A DNA stretch of 64,000 nucleotides, from contig OY969474.1 in the NCBI GenBank assembly GCA_963700145.1, positions 2,048,001-2,112,000 on the forward strand, written 5' to 3'. Under the pieces are notes generated by a model, which ran no database searches, was not told where the DNA came from, and was given only the letters and a program-made list of their open reading frames with translations. The position numbers and the translations under genes were made by a program. Within the stretch, counting starts at the first letter, position 1, and every line of letters starts with the position of its first letter. The DNA comes from an uncultured Acidobacteriota bacterium. Its GTDB lineage: Bacteria > Acidobacteriota > Thermoanaerobaculia > Multivoradales > UBA5704. Below are positions 31,955 to 41,789 of this stretch, piece after piece.

Positions 31955-33580
31955 CTAGTTTGCCAGAGGACGCTCCGGAAGTCCAGCCTCCGGCGGCGCG
32001 CCGGGGGGCCGCCGGAGGAGGTGCCAGCGGCCGGCGGAGCGGACCTGCCAGCCGCCGAGGCCGGGGCCGAGGGCAGTGCGGACCGCGGGCCAGTCGCCGC
32101 GCGCCAGGAGGTAGTCGAAACGCGGGCCGTCGCGGGCGAGCGAGAAGGCGCGCGGATGGCGGTCGGCGACTCGCATCAGGAGCTCCGGATGGGGCCCGCG
32201 GCCGGGGCGGTAGCGCACCACGCTGTGCGACAGCTCGGCGAAGGAGAAGAGGAGCCGCCCGCCGCGCAACGCCTGATAGAGCGCGGGGAAGTGGGTGAAG
32301 ACGGGATAACGGAGAAGGGGCCGCCCCTCGCCGGGCGGGTCGGCGTAGGGGTCGTAGACCAGGCCGGCCAGGCGCCGGCCGGGCTCGGCGGCGCGCAGGA
32401 GGCCGGCCAAGCCGGCGGCGTCGCGCTCGAACGCGAGGGCGTCGGCGGCCGCCAGCCCCAGCCGCAAGACGAGGAGCCCGGCGGCGAGGCCCTTGAGGAG
32501 GAACGTGCGCCGCGGAGGCGGCGCCGGCAGCGCGACCAGCGCCAGCATGGCGGCGAGAGGCGCCAGCCGCTCCGCGACGAGGTAGCCCATGAGGCGCTCC
32601 GGCAAGAGCAGGTAGAGGGCAAAGAGGCCGCCGGCGAGCCAGGCGAAGCGAGCCTGGAGGACCCTGTTCCCTCTTCGCCCTACCTGCTCTTCCTGCCGCC
32701 GCCGTGCCGCGAGAACCCCGAGAGCGAGGGCCAGCGCCGCGAGCGCGAGCTCTTTCAGTCCCGGATAGGCGCCGAAGACGAGCCCCGGCAGGACCAGGAG
32801 CTTGAGCGGCAGCGCGTGCCAGCGCGTGCCGACAGCTTTCATGCTCAGCTCGTATGGGCTGAAGGACCGCTCGGGCGTGAGGAGGTTCGGCAGGAGGACG
32901 ACCGCGACGACCAGCAGCACTCCGGGGAGGAGCGCCGAGAGCGGCCCGAGCGCCCGGCGCCATCCCGGCCGCCGCACGAGGACCAGCCAGGCCACCGCGG
33001 CGGCGAAGAGCAGGAGGAGCTGGAGGTGGACGAGGTAGAAACCGAGCGTCAGCGCCGCGAGCAGGAGCCACGCGCGGGCGCCGAAGCGCCGCTCTCCACC
33101 CAGAGCCTCCAGCAGCCGGTCGGCCACGGCCAGGCCGGCGAGGAACAGCGGGTAGGCGAAAAGGGTCCCCACGAACCCCCACGAGTAGGCGTAGTTGTAC
33201 GTCGCCGCGAGCGGCAGAAGGGCGTACCAGTCCGGCCGGCCCAGGCGGCGGGAGAGGGCGAGCGCCGCCGGCCCCACCGCCGCGATCGCCAAGGCCACGG
33301 CGAGCTTCCCCGCCACCTCGATCGGCAGCAGCCAGGCGAGCCCGGCCGTCAGCCACTCGAAGAGCGCCTGCGGCGCCGCCCAGGCGATGCAGTAGGTCGC
33401 GGCGAAGCCCCGCGCCGGGTCCCCCCAGAAGCGGAGCGCGGCCGCCATCGCCAGGTGCTGCGGGTAGTCGACCATCGGCGGGAAGGTGGTGAGCCAGACG
33501 GGAAGGGTCCAGAGCGCCGAGGCGGTGGCGACGAGGAGGGAGCCGCCCCGCGATCGCGGCGGCGCCGGAGGGGGCGGCAT
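31955..33580 (-). CDS. Multi-pass membrane protein, GT-C glycosyltransferase-like
   Basis: PPMVDYPQHLA loop after TM1, about 11 hydrophobic segments, soluble C-terminal domain. Confidence 0.6.
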   Translation of the reverse strand: MPPPPAPPRSRGGSLLVATASALWTLPVWLTTFPPMVDYPQHLAMAAALRFWGDPARGFAATYCIAWAAPQALFEWLTAGLAWLLPIEVAGKLAVALAIAAVGPAALALSRRLGRPDWYALLPLAATYNYAYSWGFVGTLFAYPLFLAGLAVADRLLEALGGERRFGARAWLLLAALTLGFYLVHLQLLLLFAAAVAWLVLVRRPGWRRALGPLSALLPGVLLVVAVVLLPNLLTPERSFSPYELSMKAVGTRWHALPLKLLVLPGLVFGAYPGLKELALAALALALGVLAARRRQEEQVGRRGNRVLQARFAWLAGGLFALYLLLPERLMGYLVAERLAPLAAMLALVALPAPPPRRTFLLKGLAAGLLVLRLGLAAADALAFERDAAGLAGLLRAAEPGRRLAGLVYDPYADPPGEGRPLLRYPVFTHFPALYQALRGGRLLFSFAELSHSVVRYRPGRGPHPELLMRVADRHPRAFSLARDGPRFDYLLARGDWPAVRTALGPGLGGWQVRSAGRWHLLRRPPGAPPEAGLPERPLAN

Positions 33581-33589
33581 GAGGCAAGA

Positions 33590-33667
33590 TTCTAGGCGCC
33601 CGTCTCGGAAAGCGAGACGGACGCCTAGAACGGTTTGATCGGAGCCCGGCGCGAAAGCCTTCGCGCC
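33590..33667. promoter_or_regulatory. Two strong hairpins in a divergent intergenic region
   Basis: TTCTAGGCG-C-CCGTCTCG-GAAAG-CGAGACGG-A-CGCCTAGAA and GGCGCGAA-AGCC-TTCGCGCC. Confidence 0.45.
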
Positions 33668-33685
33668 TAGAGAGAGGAGGTCCCC

Positions 33686-34516
33686 ATGACCAGAACGATG
33701 TGCCGAAGCGCTCTCCTGCTGTCGCTCGCCTGCGCCGCCTGCTCGCCCGCCGCGCCACCGGCTCACGAGCACCCGCTGATCGATCTGGCCGGCGGCGAGC
33801 TCGTCGACCTTACCCACCCCTTCGACGAGCGGACGATCTACTGGCCGACCTCGCCGTCCACCTTCCGCCTCGAGCGGCTGGCGCACGGACCGACCGAAGG
33901 GGGCTGGTTCTACTCCGCCAACGCCTTCTGCACCCCCGAGCACGGCGGCACCCACCTCGACGCGCCGATCCACTTCGCCGAGGGCGGCGACACCGCCGAC
34001 CGGGTGCCGCTGGCGCGCCTCGTCGCGCCGGCCGTCGTGATCGACGTCGGCCGCCAGGCCGCCGCCGACCCCGACTACCGACTAGCGCTCGCCGACGTCG
34101 AGGCCTGGGAGCGCGAGCACGGCCCGGTCCCCGCCGGCGCCATCGTCCTCCTCCGCACCGGCTGGTCGGACCGCTGGCCCGACCGCAAGCGCTACCTAGG
34201 CGACGACACCCCCGGCGACGCCTCCAACCTCCACTTCCCCTCCTACGGCCCCGAAGCCGCCCGCCACCTGATCGAGCGCCGCCGCGCCGCCGCCCTCGGC
34301 GTAGACACCGCCAGCATCGACCCCGGCAACTCCCCCGACTTCCCAGTCCACCGCCTAACAGGCGCCGCCAACGCCCCCGGCTTCGAGAACCTGACCCACC
34401 TAGACCAGCTGCCCCCCACCGGCGCCTGGGTAATCGCCCTACCAATGAAGATCGCCACCGGCTCCGGCGGCCCCCTACGAGCGATTGCGCTGGTACAAAA
34501 AACGCCCGGCACGTAA
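33686..34516 (+). CDS. Cyclase-family (kynurenine formamidase-like) metallohydrolase, likely lipoprotein
   Basis: EHGGTHLDAPIHF, LLRTGW, GVDTASID, ENL, GSGGPLRA; LACAAC lipobox-like. Confidence 0.9.
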   Translation: MTRTMCRSALLLSLACAACSPAAPPAHEHPLIDLAGGELVDLTHPFDERTIYWPTSPSTFRLERLAHGPTEGGWFYSANAFCTPEHGGTHLDAPIHFAEGGDTADRVPLARLVAPAVVIDVGRQAAADPDYRLALADVEAWEREHGPVPAGAIVLLRTGWSDRWPDRKRYLGDDTPGDASNLHFPSYGPEAARHLIERRRAAALGVDTASIDPGNSPDFPVHRLTGAANAPGFENLTHLDQLPPTGAWVIALPMKIATGSGGPLRAIALVQKTPGT

Positions 34517-34528
34517 GCCGGGCGCTAC
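34503..34528 (-). repeat. REP-like palindrome, copy 2 (GTAG-headed)
   Basis: Minus strand GTAG-CGCCCGGC-TTACGT-GCCGGGCG; it also supplies the cyclase stop codon. Confidence 0.6.
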
Positions 34529-34632
34529 GAGTTCGCGACCGACGGGATTCGCTCCGCCGCCCGCGAGCGTAGCGAGCGGACGGCCACCGAAGACCGTCTT
34601 CCGTCCAGCATGACGAGCGAAGCGAGGAATGA

Positions 34633-34707
34633 TGGAGCGGGAGACGGGATTCGAACCCGCGACCAGCAGCTTGGAAGGCTGCGACTCTACCCCTGAGTTA
34701 CTCCCGC
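34633..34707 (-). tRNA. tRNA-Gly(TCC)
   Basis: GCGGGAG..CAGC-CTTCCAA-GCTG..GGTTCGAATCC..CTCCCGCTCCA. Confidence 0.97.
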
Positions 34708-34724
34708 GTAGAGAGCGAAGGGAA

Positions 34725-34811
34725 TGGTGGAGGCGGATGGATTTGAACCACCGTAGGGCTTTGCCCGGCAGATTTACAGTCTGCTGCCATTGACCACTCG
34801 GCCACGCCTCC
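34725..34811 (-). tRNA. tRNA-Tyr(GTA)
   Basis: GGAGGCG..GCAGA-CTGTAAA-TCTGC, long variable arm, GGTTCAAATCC..CGCCTCCACCA. Confidence 0.97.
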
Positions 34812-34837
34812 GAAAGAAAGAACCCTGCGACCGGACC

Positions 34838-34912
34838 TGGAGCCGGCACCCGGAATCGAACCGGGGACCTACTGTTTACAAGACAGTTGCTCTACCGCTG
34901 AGCTATGCCGGC
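34838..34912 (-). tRNA. tRNA-Thr(TGT)
   Basis: GCCGGCA..ACTGT-CTTGTAA-ACAGT..GGTTCGATTCC..TGCCGGCTCCA. Confidence 0.97.
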
Positions 34913-34934
34913 AGGGGCTCCCCGGAGCCGCGGC

Positions 34935-34963
34935 AGTCTAACCCCTGCCCTCGCCACCGGCAA
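34935..34963 (-). promoter_or_regulatory. Sigma-70 promoter for the tRNA Thr-Tyr-Gly cluster
   Basis: TTGCCG-N17-TAGACT followed by a GC-rich discriminator. Confidence 0.6.
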
Positions 34964-35657
34964 CCGCTCGCTGCCGCACGGCCTCGTAGAGGAGCGCCGC
35001 CGCCGCGGTGGCGAGGTTGAGCGACTCGACCCGGCCGCGCATCGGCAGCCCGATCAGCCGGTCGCAGAGCTGGCGGGTGCGCGCCCGCAGCCCCTTCTCC
35101 TCGCCCCCCAGACACAGTACAACCTTCCCCGTAAGGTCCACATTCCAGGGCGCTTCGCCCCCCTCGGCGGCGCCGTAGACCCAGAAGCCCTGCGCCTTGA
35201 GCGCCTCGAGGCTCTGCGCCGGGTTGACGATCCGCTCGACCGCCAGCCACTCGGCGGCGCCGGCCGCGGTCTTGACCACCGCGGGCGAGAGCGGCGCCGA
35301 GCCGCGGTCGCGCACCAGCACCCGGCCCACCCCCGCGCCTTCGCACACCCGCAGGAGGGCGCCGAGGTTGCGCGGGTCCTGGACGTCCTCGACCAGCACC
35401 AGGAGATCGGGGTCGGCGCCGGCCGCGTCCCCGGTCCCTTCCCGCACCTCGGCGGCGAAGCCGTTGTGGGCGGGGCCGGCGAGGGCGGCGAGCGCCCGCT
35501 CGGGGAGCGCCTCGAGCGCCACCCGGTGGCGGCGGCAGAGCTCCTCGATCTCGTCCCGCCGCCGGCCGCCGCGCCCGCCGGCCACCAGCACCCGCACGAC
35601 CTCGTGCGGCCGGTGGCGGAGGGCCTCGCGGACGGGGTGGAAACCGTAGAGAAGCGC
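34938..35657 (-). CDS. rlmB: 23S rRNA Gm2251 2'-O-methyltransferase (SpoU family); start codon unclear
   Basis: LYGFHPVREAL, DPRNLGA, GGEEKGL, PMRGRVESLN. Confidence 0.9.
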   Translation of the reverse strand, partial: ALLYGFHPVREALRHRPHEVVRVLVAGGRGGRRRDEIEELCRRHRVALEALPERALAALAGPAHNGFAAEVREGTGDAAGADPDLLVLVEDVQDPRNLGALLRVCEGAGVGRVLVRDRGSAPLSPAVVKTAAGAAEWLAVERIVNPAQSLEALKAQGFWVYGAAEGGEAPWNVDLTGKVVLCLGGEEKGLRARTRQLCDRLIGLPMRGRVESLNLATAAAALLYEAVRQRAVAGGEGRG

Positions 35658-35658
35658 C

Positions 35659-36219
35659 CTACACCTCCAGGATTTGTTGCTCTTTCTTCTGCAGGGCGCC
35701 GTTGATCTCGGCGATGTGATGGTCGTGGAGCTTCTGCACCTCGTCGAGGCCGCGCCGCTCGTCGTCCTGCCCGATCTCGTGGTCGCGCTCCATCTTCTTG
35801 AGCTTGTCGTTGCCCTCCCGGCGCGCTTGGCGCACGCCATTGCGCGCGTGCTCGGCGATGTCGTGGGCCCGGCGCACGATCTCCTTGCGCCGCTCCTCGG
35901 TCAGGGCCGGCACCGGGATGCGGATCACCTTGCCGTCGTTGGCGGGGTTGAGCCCCACGTCCGACTTGCGGATCGCCCGCTCGATCGCTGCGATCTGGGT
36001 CGGGTCGTAGGGCTGGACGACGAGCATCGTGGCGTCGGCCACCGAGAGGTTGGCGAGCTGGTTGAGCGGCGTCGGCGTGCCGTAGTAGTCGGCGACGATG
36101 CCGTCGAGCAGGGCGAGCGACGCTCGGCCGGTGCGCAGGTGCTTGAGCTCGTGGTGGAGGTGGTCCACGGCGTGCTTCATGTGCTGCTCGACCTCGGTGA
36201 ACACGGCCTTCATCTCCAT
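35659..36219 (-). CDS. frr: Ribosome recycling factor
   Basis: LRTGRAS, YYGTPTPL, PALTEERRKE. Confidence 0.98.
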   Translation of the reverse strand: MEMKAVFTEVEQHMKHAVDHLHHELKHLRTGRASLALLDGIVADYYGTPTPLNQLANLSVADATMLVVQPYDPTQIAAIERAIRKSDVGLNPANDGKVIRIPVPALTEERRKEIVRRAHDIAEHARNGVRQARREGNDKLKKMERDHEIGQDDERRGLDEVQKLHDHHIAEINGALQKKEQQILEV

Positions 36220-36231
36220 CTCTCTCCTCCT

Positions 36232-36971
36232 TCAGGCGCGGACGATCGAGCCCACCCGCTCCCCGCACACCACCCGGCGGACGTTGCCGGGCCGCGTCAG
36301 GTTGAAGATGGCGATCGGCACCCCGTTGTCGCGGCAGAGGCTGATGGCCGCGGCGTCCATCACCTTGAGGTCCTTCTCGAGCACCTGCTGGTAGCTCACC
36401 TCGCCGAGCAGCTCGGCCTTGGGGTCGAGGTGGGGGTCGGCGGTGTAGAGGCCGTCCACCCGCGTCGCCTTGAGCAACACCTCGGCGTGGATCTCGTTGG
36501 CGCGCAGGGCGGCGGCGCTGTCGGTGGTGAAGAAGGGGTTGCCGGTGCCGGCGGCGAAGATCACCGCCCGCCCCTTCTCCAGATGGCGGATCGCCCGCCG
36601 GCGGATGAACGGCTCGGCCACCTCGTGGATCTCGACCGCCGTCTGCACGCGAGTCGGCACGCCGCGCTTCTCCATCGCGTCCTGGAGCGCCAGGGCGTTG
36701 ATCACCGTCGCCAGCATCCCCATGTAGTCGCCGGTCACCCGGTCGATGCCGCGGTGGCTGGCGGCCAGGCCGCGGATGATGTTGCCGCCGCCCACCACGA
36801 TCGCGAGCTGCACCCCGAGGGCGTGCACCTCCGCCAGCTCGTCGGCGATCCCCGCCACCACCGCTTCGTCGAGGCCGAAGGACTGCTCCCCCATCAGGGC
36901 CTCGCCCGAGAGCTTGAGCAGCACCCGGCGGTAGGCCGGCTGCGGCGCCGCTTGCGGCGCCCCGGCGTCCG

Positions 36972-36975
<4 letters not shown>
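36232..36975 (-). CDS. pyrH: UMP kinase
   Basis: [35 protein letters not shown]. Confidence 0.98.
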
Positions 36976-37619
<644 letters not shown>

Positions 37620-37650
37620 CCTTCTTCTCCTTGGATTCCTGCGTGCGGAT

Positions 37651-37690
37651 AAAAGAAAAGGTCAGCTCGACCTAGGTTCGACTGACCTTT
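37651..37690 (-). terminator. Intrinsic terminator/attenuator between rpsB and tsf
   Basis: Minus strand AAAGGTCAG..CTGACCTTT followed by TCTTTT. Confidence 0.7.
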
Positions 37691-37739
37691 CCCTTCCGCC
37701 GAACCGCGGCCGCGGGCGGCGGGGCGAGCCTGCCGTCCC

Positions 37740-38510
37740 CTACGCCGGGGCCGGGCTCCCCAGCGCCGGTTCCGGCCGCAGCGCCGGCCCCGGGCCCATG
37801 TCCTTGCTCTCGATCTCCATCTCCCGCTCGAGCCGCCCCGACCCTTCGAGGTAGGCGTCGGCGATGCGCGAGGTAAACAGGCGGATGGCGCGGATCGCGT
37901 CGTCGTTGCTGGGGATGATGTAGTGGATCAGCTCCGGGTCGCAGTTGGTGTCGACCAGCGCGATGACCGGGATCCCCAGCTTGTTGGCCTCCGAGACCGC
38001 GATGTACTCCTTCTTGGGGTCGACGACGAAGAGCGCGTCCGGCAGCTCCTCCATGTCGCGCACGCCCTCGAGGTTCTTGACCATCTTGTCGCGCTCGCGC
38101 TCGAGGCGCAGCCGCTCCTTCTTGGTCAGCTGGCCCTTCTCGTCGGCGAGGCGCCCCTCGATCTCCTTCCAGCGCTCGACCGAGCTGCGGATGGTGACGT
38201 GGTTGGTTAGCGTCCCGCCCAGCCAGCGGTTGGTGACCGAGAACTCGCCGCAGCGCCGGGCCTCCTCGGAGACCGCGTCGTGCGCCTGCCGCTTGGTGCC
38301 GACAAAGAGGAGCCGCTTGCCCTCGGCCGCCAGGCCGGAGACGAAGTCCGCCGCCTCCTTGAACAGCTTCAAGGTCTTCTGCAGATCGATGATGTAGATA
38401 CCGTTGCGCTTGCCGAAGATGTAAGGCTTCATCTTCGGGTTCCAGCGCCGCGTCTGATGCCCGAAGTGGACGCCCGCCTCGAGCAACTCCTTCATGGTGA
38501 CTTCGGCCAA
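37740..38510 (-). CDS. rpsB: 30S ribosomal protein S2
   Basis: [32 protein letters not shown]; TTG start with GGAGG. Confidence 0.98.
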   Translation of the reverse strand: MAEVTMKELLEAGVHFGHQTRRWNPKMKPYIFGKRNGIYIIDLQKTLKLFKEAADFVSGLAAEGKRLLFVGTKRQAHDAVSEEARRCGEFSVTNRWLGGTLTNHVTIRSSVERWKEIEGRLADEKGQLTKKERLRLERERDKMVKNLEGVRDMEELPDALFVVDPKKEYIAVSEANKLGIPVIALVDTNCDPELIHYIIPSNDDAIRAIRLFTSRIADAYLEGSGRLEREMEIESKDMGPGPALRPEPALGSPAPA

Positions 38511-38520
38511 GTGATCCTCC

Positions 38521-38913
38521 TTACCGCTTGCTGAACTGGAAGCGGGCGCGCGCGCCCTTCTGACCGTACTTCTTGCGCTCCTTCTTCCGCGGGTCGCGGG
38601 TGAGGAGGCCGGCCGTCTTCAGCCGGTCGCGCAGCTCGCTGTTGAACTCGAGCAGGGCGCGCGAAATGCCGTGGCGGATCGCCCCGGCCTGCCCGGCGCT
38701 GCCGCCCCCCTCGACCGTGACGGTGATGTCGAACTTCTCGGCCGTCTCGGTCAGCAGCAGGGGCTGCTTGATGACCATCTTGAGCACCTCGTTGGGGAAG
38801 AACTCGTCGAGGCTGCGGCCGTTGACTTCGACCACGCCCGAGCCGGGGCGCAGGTAGACGCGGGCGTTCGCCGTCTTGCGGCGCCCGGTGGCGTAGTAGC
38901 GGACCTCGTTCAA
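38521..38913 (-). CDS. rpsI: 30S ribosomal protein S9
   Basis: [32 protein letters not shown]; TTG 38913 with GAGGAG. Confidence 0.98.
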   Translation of the reverse strand: MNEVRYYATGRRKTANARVYLRPGSGVVEVNGRSLDEFFPNEVLKMVIKQPLLLTETAEKFDITVTVEGGGSAGQAGAIRHGISRALLEFNSELRDRLKTAGLLTRDPRKKERKKYGQKGARARFQFSKR

Positions 38914-38945
38914 TCTGGTCTCCTCGATCGTCGCGGCGGGCCGGC

Positions 38946-39389
38946 TCAGGAGGCGGCGGCCAGGTCGTAGGGGGTGGGCTGCTGCGCCTGGTGCTTGTGC
39001 TCGCCGCCGGCGTAGACCTTGAGCTTGCGGAGCTGCTGGCGGCCGAGCTTGTTCTTGGGGAGCATCCCCCAGACGGCGCGCTCGACGAGCTGCGTCGGCC
39101 GGCGGCGGCGCAGGTGACCGGCGGTCTCCTTCTTGAGCCCTCCCGGGTAGCCGCTGTGCCGGTAGTAGACCTTCTCGTCTTCTTTGCGGCCGGTGAGCAC
39201 GGCCTTCTCGGCGTTGAGCACGATCACGAAGTCGCCGGTGTCGATGTGCGGCGCGTAGGTGGGCTTGTGCTTGCCGGTGAGCAGCGTCGCCACCACCGTC
39301 GCCATCCGCCCGAGCGGCACCCCGGCGGCGTCCACGACCCACCAGCGGTGCTCGATCTCGGCGAGCTTCGGGCTGTACGTCCTGTTCAT
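38946..39389 (-). CDS. rplM: 50S ribosomal protein L13
   Basis: [31 protein letters not shown]. Confidence 0.98.
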   Translation of the reverse strand: MNRTYSPKLAEIEHRWWVVDAAGVPLGRMATVVATLLTGKHKPTYAPHIDTGDFVIVLNAEKAVLTGRKEDEKVYYRHSGYPGGLKKETAGHLRRRRPTQLVERAVWGMLPKNKLGRQQLRKLKVYAGGEHKHQAQQPTPYDLAAAS

Positions 39390-39462
39390 TGGGTCTCCGG
39401 TCCGAACCTGCACGCGCATGCCTCGACTGACCGAGGTTTCCCTCGCGGCGCAAAGGACCAGG

Positions 39463-39491
39463 ATCTTAGGGATTGACCCGCAGGTTGTCAA
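39463..39491 (-). promoter_or_regulatory. Sigma-70 promoter of the rplM operon
   Basis: TTGACA-N17-TAAGAT. Confidence 0.85.
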
Positions 39492-39517
39492 GGCGCCGGC
39501 CTATACACTAACCGCCC

Positions 39518-40237
39518 ATGCCGAGCGCCGCCGGGATCGACAAGTCGGGGGCCGCGATCCGCGACATGTTCGCGGGGGTGGCGCCGCGCTACGACCTGCT
39601 GAACCATCTGCTCTCCGGCTCCCTCGACCTGGTCTGGCGCCGGCGGGCGGCGGCGGCGCTCGACCTCCCGGCGGGCTCCCGCGTCCTCGATCTTTGCGCC
39701 GGCACCGGCGACCAGGCGCTGGCGCTGCGGCGGCGCGGCCTGGCGGTCGTGGCGGCCGACTTCTGCTTGCCGATGCTGGCGCTGGCGCGGCCGAAGTTCA
39801 ACCGACCGGGTAAGGAGGATGGCCGGCGGCCGGTGCCGCTGGCGGCGGACGCCCTCGCCCTCCCCTTCCCCGCCGGCCGCTTCGACGGCGCCACCGTCGC
39901 CTTCGGGCTGCGCAACGTGGCAGATCTGGACGGGGGGCTCCAAGAGCTGGGTAGGGCGCTACGCCCCGGAGGGCGCGTCGCGATCCTGGAGTTCGCGCTG
40001 CCGCGCGCGCGGGCCCTGCGCGCCCTTTATCTCTTCTACTTCCGCCGCCTCCTGCCGCGGATCGGCAAGCTCCTCTCGCCGCGCGGCTCCGCTTACTCCT
40101 ACCTGCCCTCTTCCGTCCTGGAGTTCCCGCAGCGCGACGACTTCCTCGCCCGCATGGCGGCAGCAGGATTTAGCGATCTTTCGTCGCGTGACCTCGCTGG
40201 CGGCACCGTTTGTCTCTACCTAGGAAAACGCCCATGA
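39518..40237 (+). CDS. ubiE: UbiE/MenG quinone-biosynthesis methyltransferase
   Basis: MFAGVAPRYDLLN, VLDLCAGTGD, AFGLRNV, YSYLPSSV. Confidence 0.9.
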   Translation: MPSAAGIDKSGAAIRDMFAGVAPRYDLLNHLLSGSLDLVWRRRAAAALDLPAGSRVLDLCAGTGDQALALRRRGLAVVAADFCLPMLALARPKFNRPGKEDGRRPVPLAADALALPFPAGRFDGATVAFGLRNVADLDGGLQELGRALRPGGRVAILEFALPRARALRALYLFYFRRLLPRIGKLLSPRGSAYSYLPSSVLEFPQRDDFLARMAAAGFSDLSSRDLAGGTVCLYLGKRP

Positions 40238-41178
40238 CCCGCCTACTCGACGGCCGCGCCGTCGCCGCGCAGGTACGGGCGGAAGTCGCCGCGGGCGTCC
40301 GCGAGCTGCTGGCCGCCGGCGGCCGCCCGCCGGGGCTCGCCGCCCTCCTCGCCGGCGACGACCCGGCCTCGCGCCTCTACGTGGAGACCAAGGAGAAGGC
40401 CGCGGCGGAGGTCGGGATCGAGAGCCGCACCGTCCGCCTGCCCGCCGACGCCGGCGAGGAGCGGCTCCTCGCCGCCGTCGAGGAGCTCAACCGCGACGAC
40501 GCGATCGACGGCATCCTCGTGCAGCTCCCGCTACCGGCCGGGATCGACGAGCGGCGGGTCCTCGACCGGGTGGACCCGGCCAAGGACGTAGACGGCTTCC
40601 ACCCGGTCAGCGTCGGCCGCCTCTGGCTAGGGCGCCCCGGCTTCGTGCCGGCGACGCCGCGCGGCGTCCTCGAGCTCCTCCGCCGCTCCGCGGTGCCGCT
40701 CGCCGGCCGCCACGCGGTCGTCGTCGGCCGCAGCGACATCGTCGGCAAGCCCTTGGCCGCCCTCCTCCTGCGCGAGCACTGCACGGTGACGGTCTGCCAC
40801 TCCCGCACCCGCGACCTCGCCGCCGTCACCCGCACCGCCGACCTCCTCGTCGCCGCGGTCGGCCGCCCCGGCCTCATCGGGCCGCAGCACGTGCGGGAAG
40901 GCGCGGTGGTCGTGGACGTGGGGATCAACCGCATCGACGACCCGGAGGAGTGCGAGCGCCTCTTCCCCGGCGATGCCGAGCGCCGCGGGCAGCTGGCGCG
41001 CCGGGGGCACGTCGTGGCCGGCGACGTGGACTACGCGCGCGTCGCCCCGCTGGCCGCGGCGATCACCCCCGTCCCCGGCGGCGTCGGCCCGCTGACCGTG
41101 GCGATGCTCCTGGCCAACACCCTCGACGCCGCCCGCGCCCGCCACGGCGCGGCGGCCTCCGTCCCGACCTCCCCGTGA
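40234..41178 (+). CDS. folD: Methylenetetrahydrofolate dehydrogenase/cyclohydrolase
   Basis: GILVQLPLP, KDVDGFHP, GRSDIVGKP, TPVPGGVGPLT. Confidence 0.96.
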   Translation: MTRLLDGRAVAAQVRAEVAAGVRELLAAGGRPPGLAALLAGDDPASRLYVETKEKAAAEVGIESRTVRLPADAGEERLLAAVEELNRDDAIDGILVQLPLPAGIDERRVLDRVDPAKDVDGFHPVSVGRLWLGRPGFVPATPRGVLELLRRSAVPLAGRHAVVVGRSDIVGKPLAALLLREHCTVTVCHSRTRDLAAVTRTADLLVAAVGRPGLIGPQHVREGAVVVDVGINRIDDPEECERLFPGDAERRGQLARRGHVVAGDVDYARVAPLAAAITPVPGGVGPLTVAMLLANTLDAARARHGAAASVPTSP

Positions 41179-41789
41179 GCGCCCTGCGCGTCGGCCTCAC
41201 CGGCGGGTTGGCGAGCGGCAAGTCGACCGTCGCCGACCTCCTCGCCGAGCGCAGCGCCCGGGTGATCGACGCCGACGAGTTGGTCGCCGATCTCTACCGC
41301 CCCGGCGCGCCGGGCGCCGCCGCGGTGCAGTCGCTCTTCGGCGACGAAGCGCTGGCGCCGGACGGGTCCGTGGATCGCGCCGCCGTGGCGCGGCGGGTCT
41401 TCGCCGACGCCGAGGCGCGGCGCGCCCTGGAGGCGGCGATCCACCCGCTGGTCCGCCGCCGCTTCGAGGAGGTCGCCGCGGACGCGGACGGCATCGTCGT
41501 GCTGGAGGCGACCCTCCTGGTCGAGGCCGGCTACGGCCCCGGCTTCGACCTCATCGTGACGGTCGAGGCGGACCCCGAGGTGCGCCTGCGCCGGGCCGTG
41601 GCGCGCGGCATGGGCGAGGAGGAGGCGCGGGCGCGGCTCGTGGCGCAGGGTGAAGGGGACGCCCGCCGCGCCGCCGCCCACCGGGTTCTCTGGAACGACG
41701 GCGACCTCGCGGCGCTCACCGCGCAGGTGGACGAGCTGGTGACCGAGCTGGGGCAGCTGGCGGCGCTGCGCGAAGGGGGCGCCGGCTGA
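41175..41789 (+). CDS. coaE: Dephospho-CoA kinase
   Basis: GLTGGLASGKST, IDAD, IHPLV; GTGA overlap with folD. Confidence 0.93.
   Translation: MSALRVGLTGGLASGKSTVADLLAERSARVIDADELVADLYRPGAPGAAAVQSLFGDEALAPDGSVDRAAVARRVFADAEARRALEAAIHPLVRRRFEEVAADADGIVVLEATLLVEAGYGPGFDLIVTVEADPEVRLRRAVARGMGEEEARARLVAQGEGDARRAAAHRVLWNDGDLAALTAQVDELVTELGQLAALREGGAG

Noticed and set aside
31711-34912. Prophage/ICE att sites at the two tRNA-Thr genes or tRNA-Gly
   Set aside because: The tRNAs are different isoacceptors, with no duplicated 3' end and no integrase.
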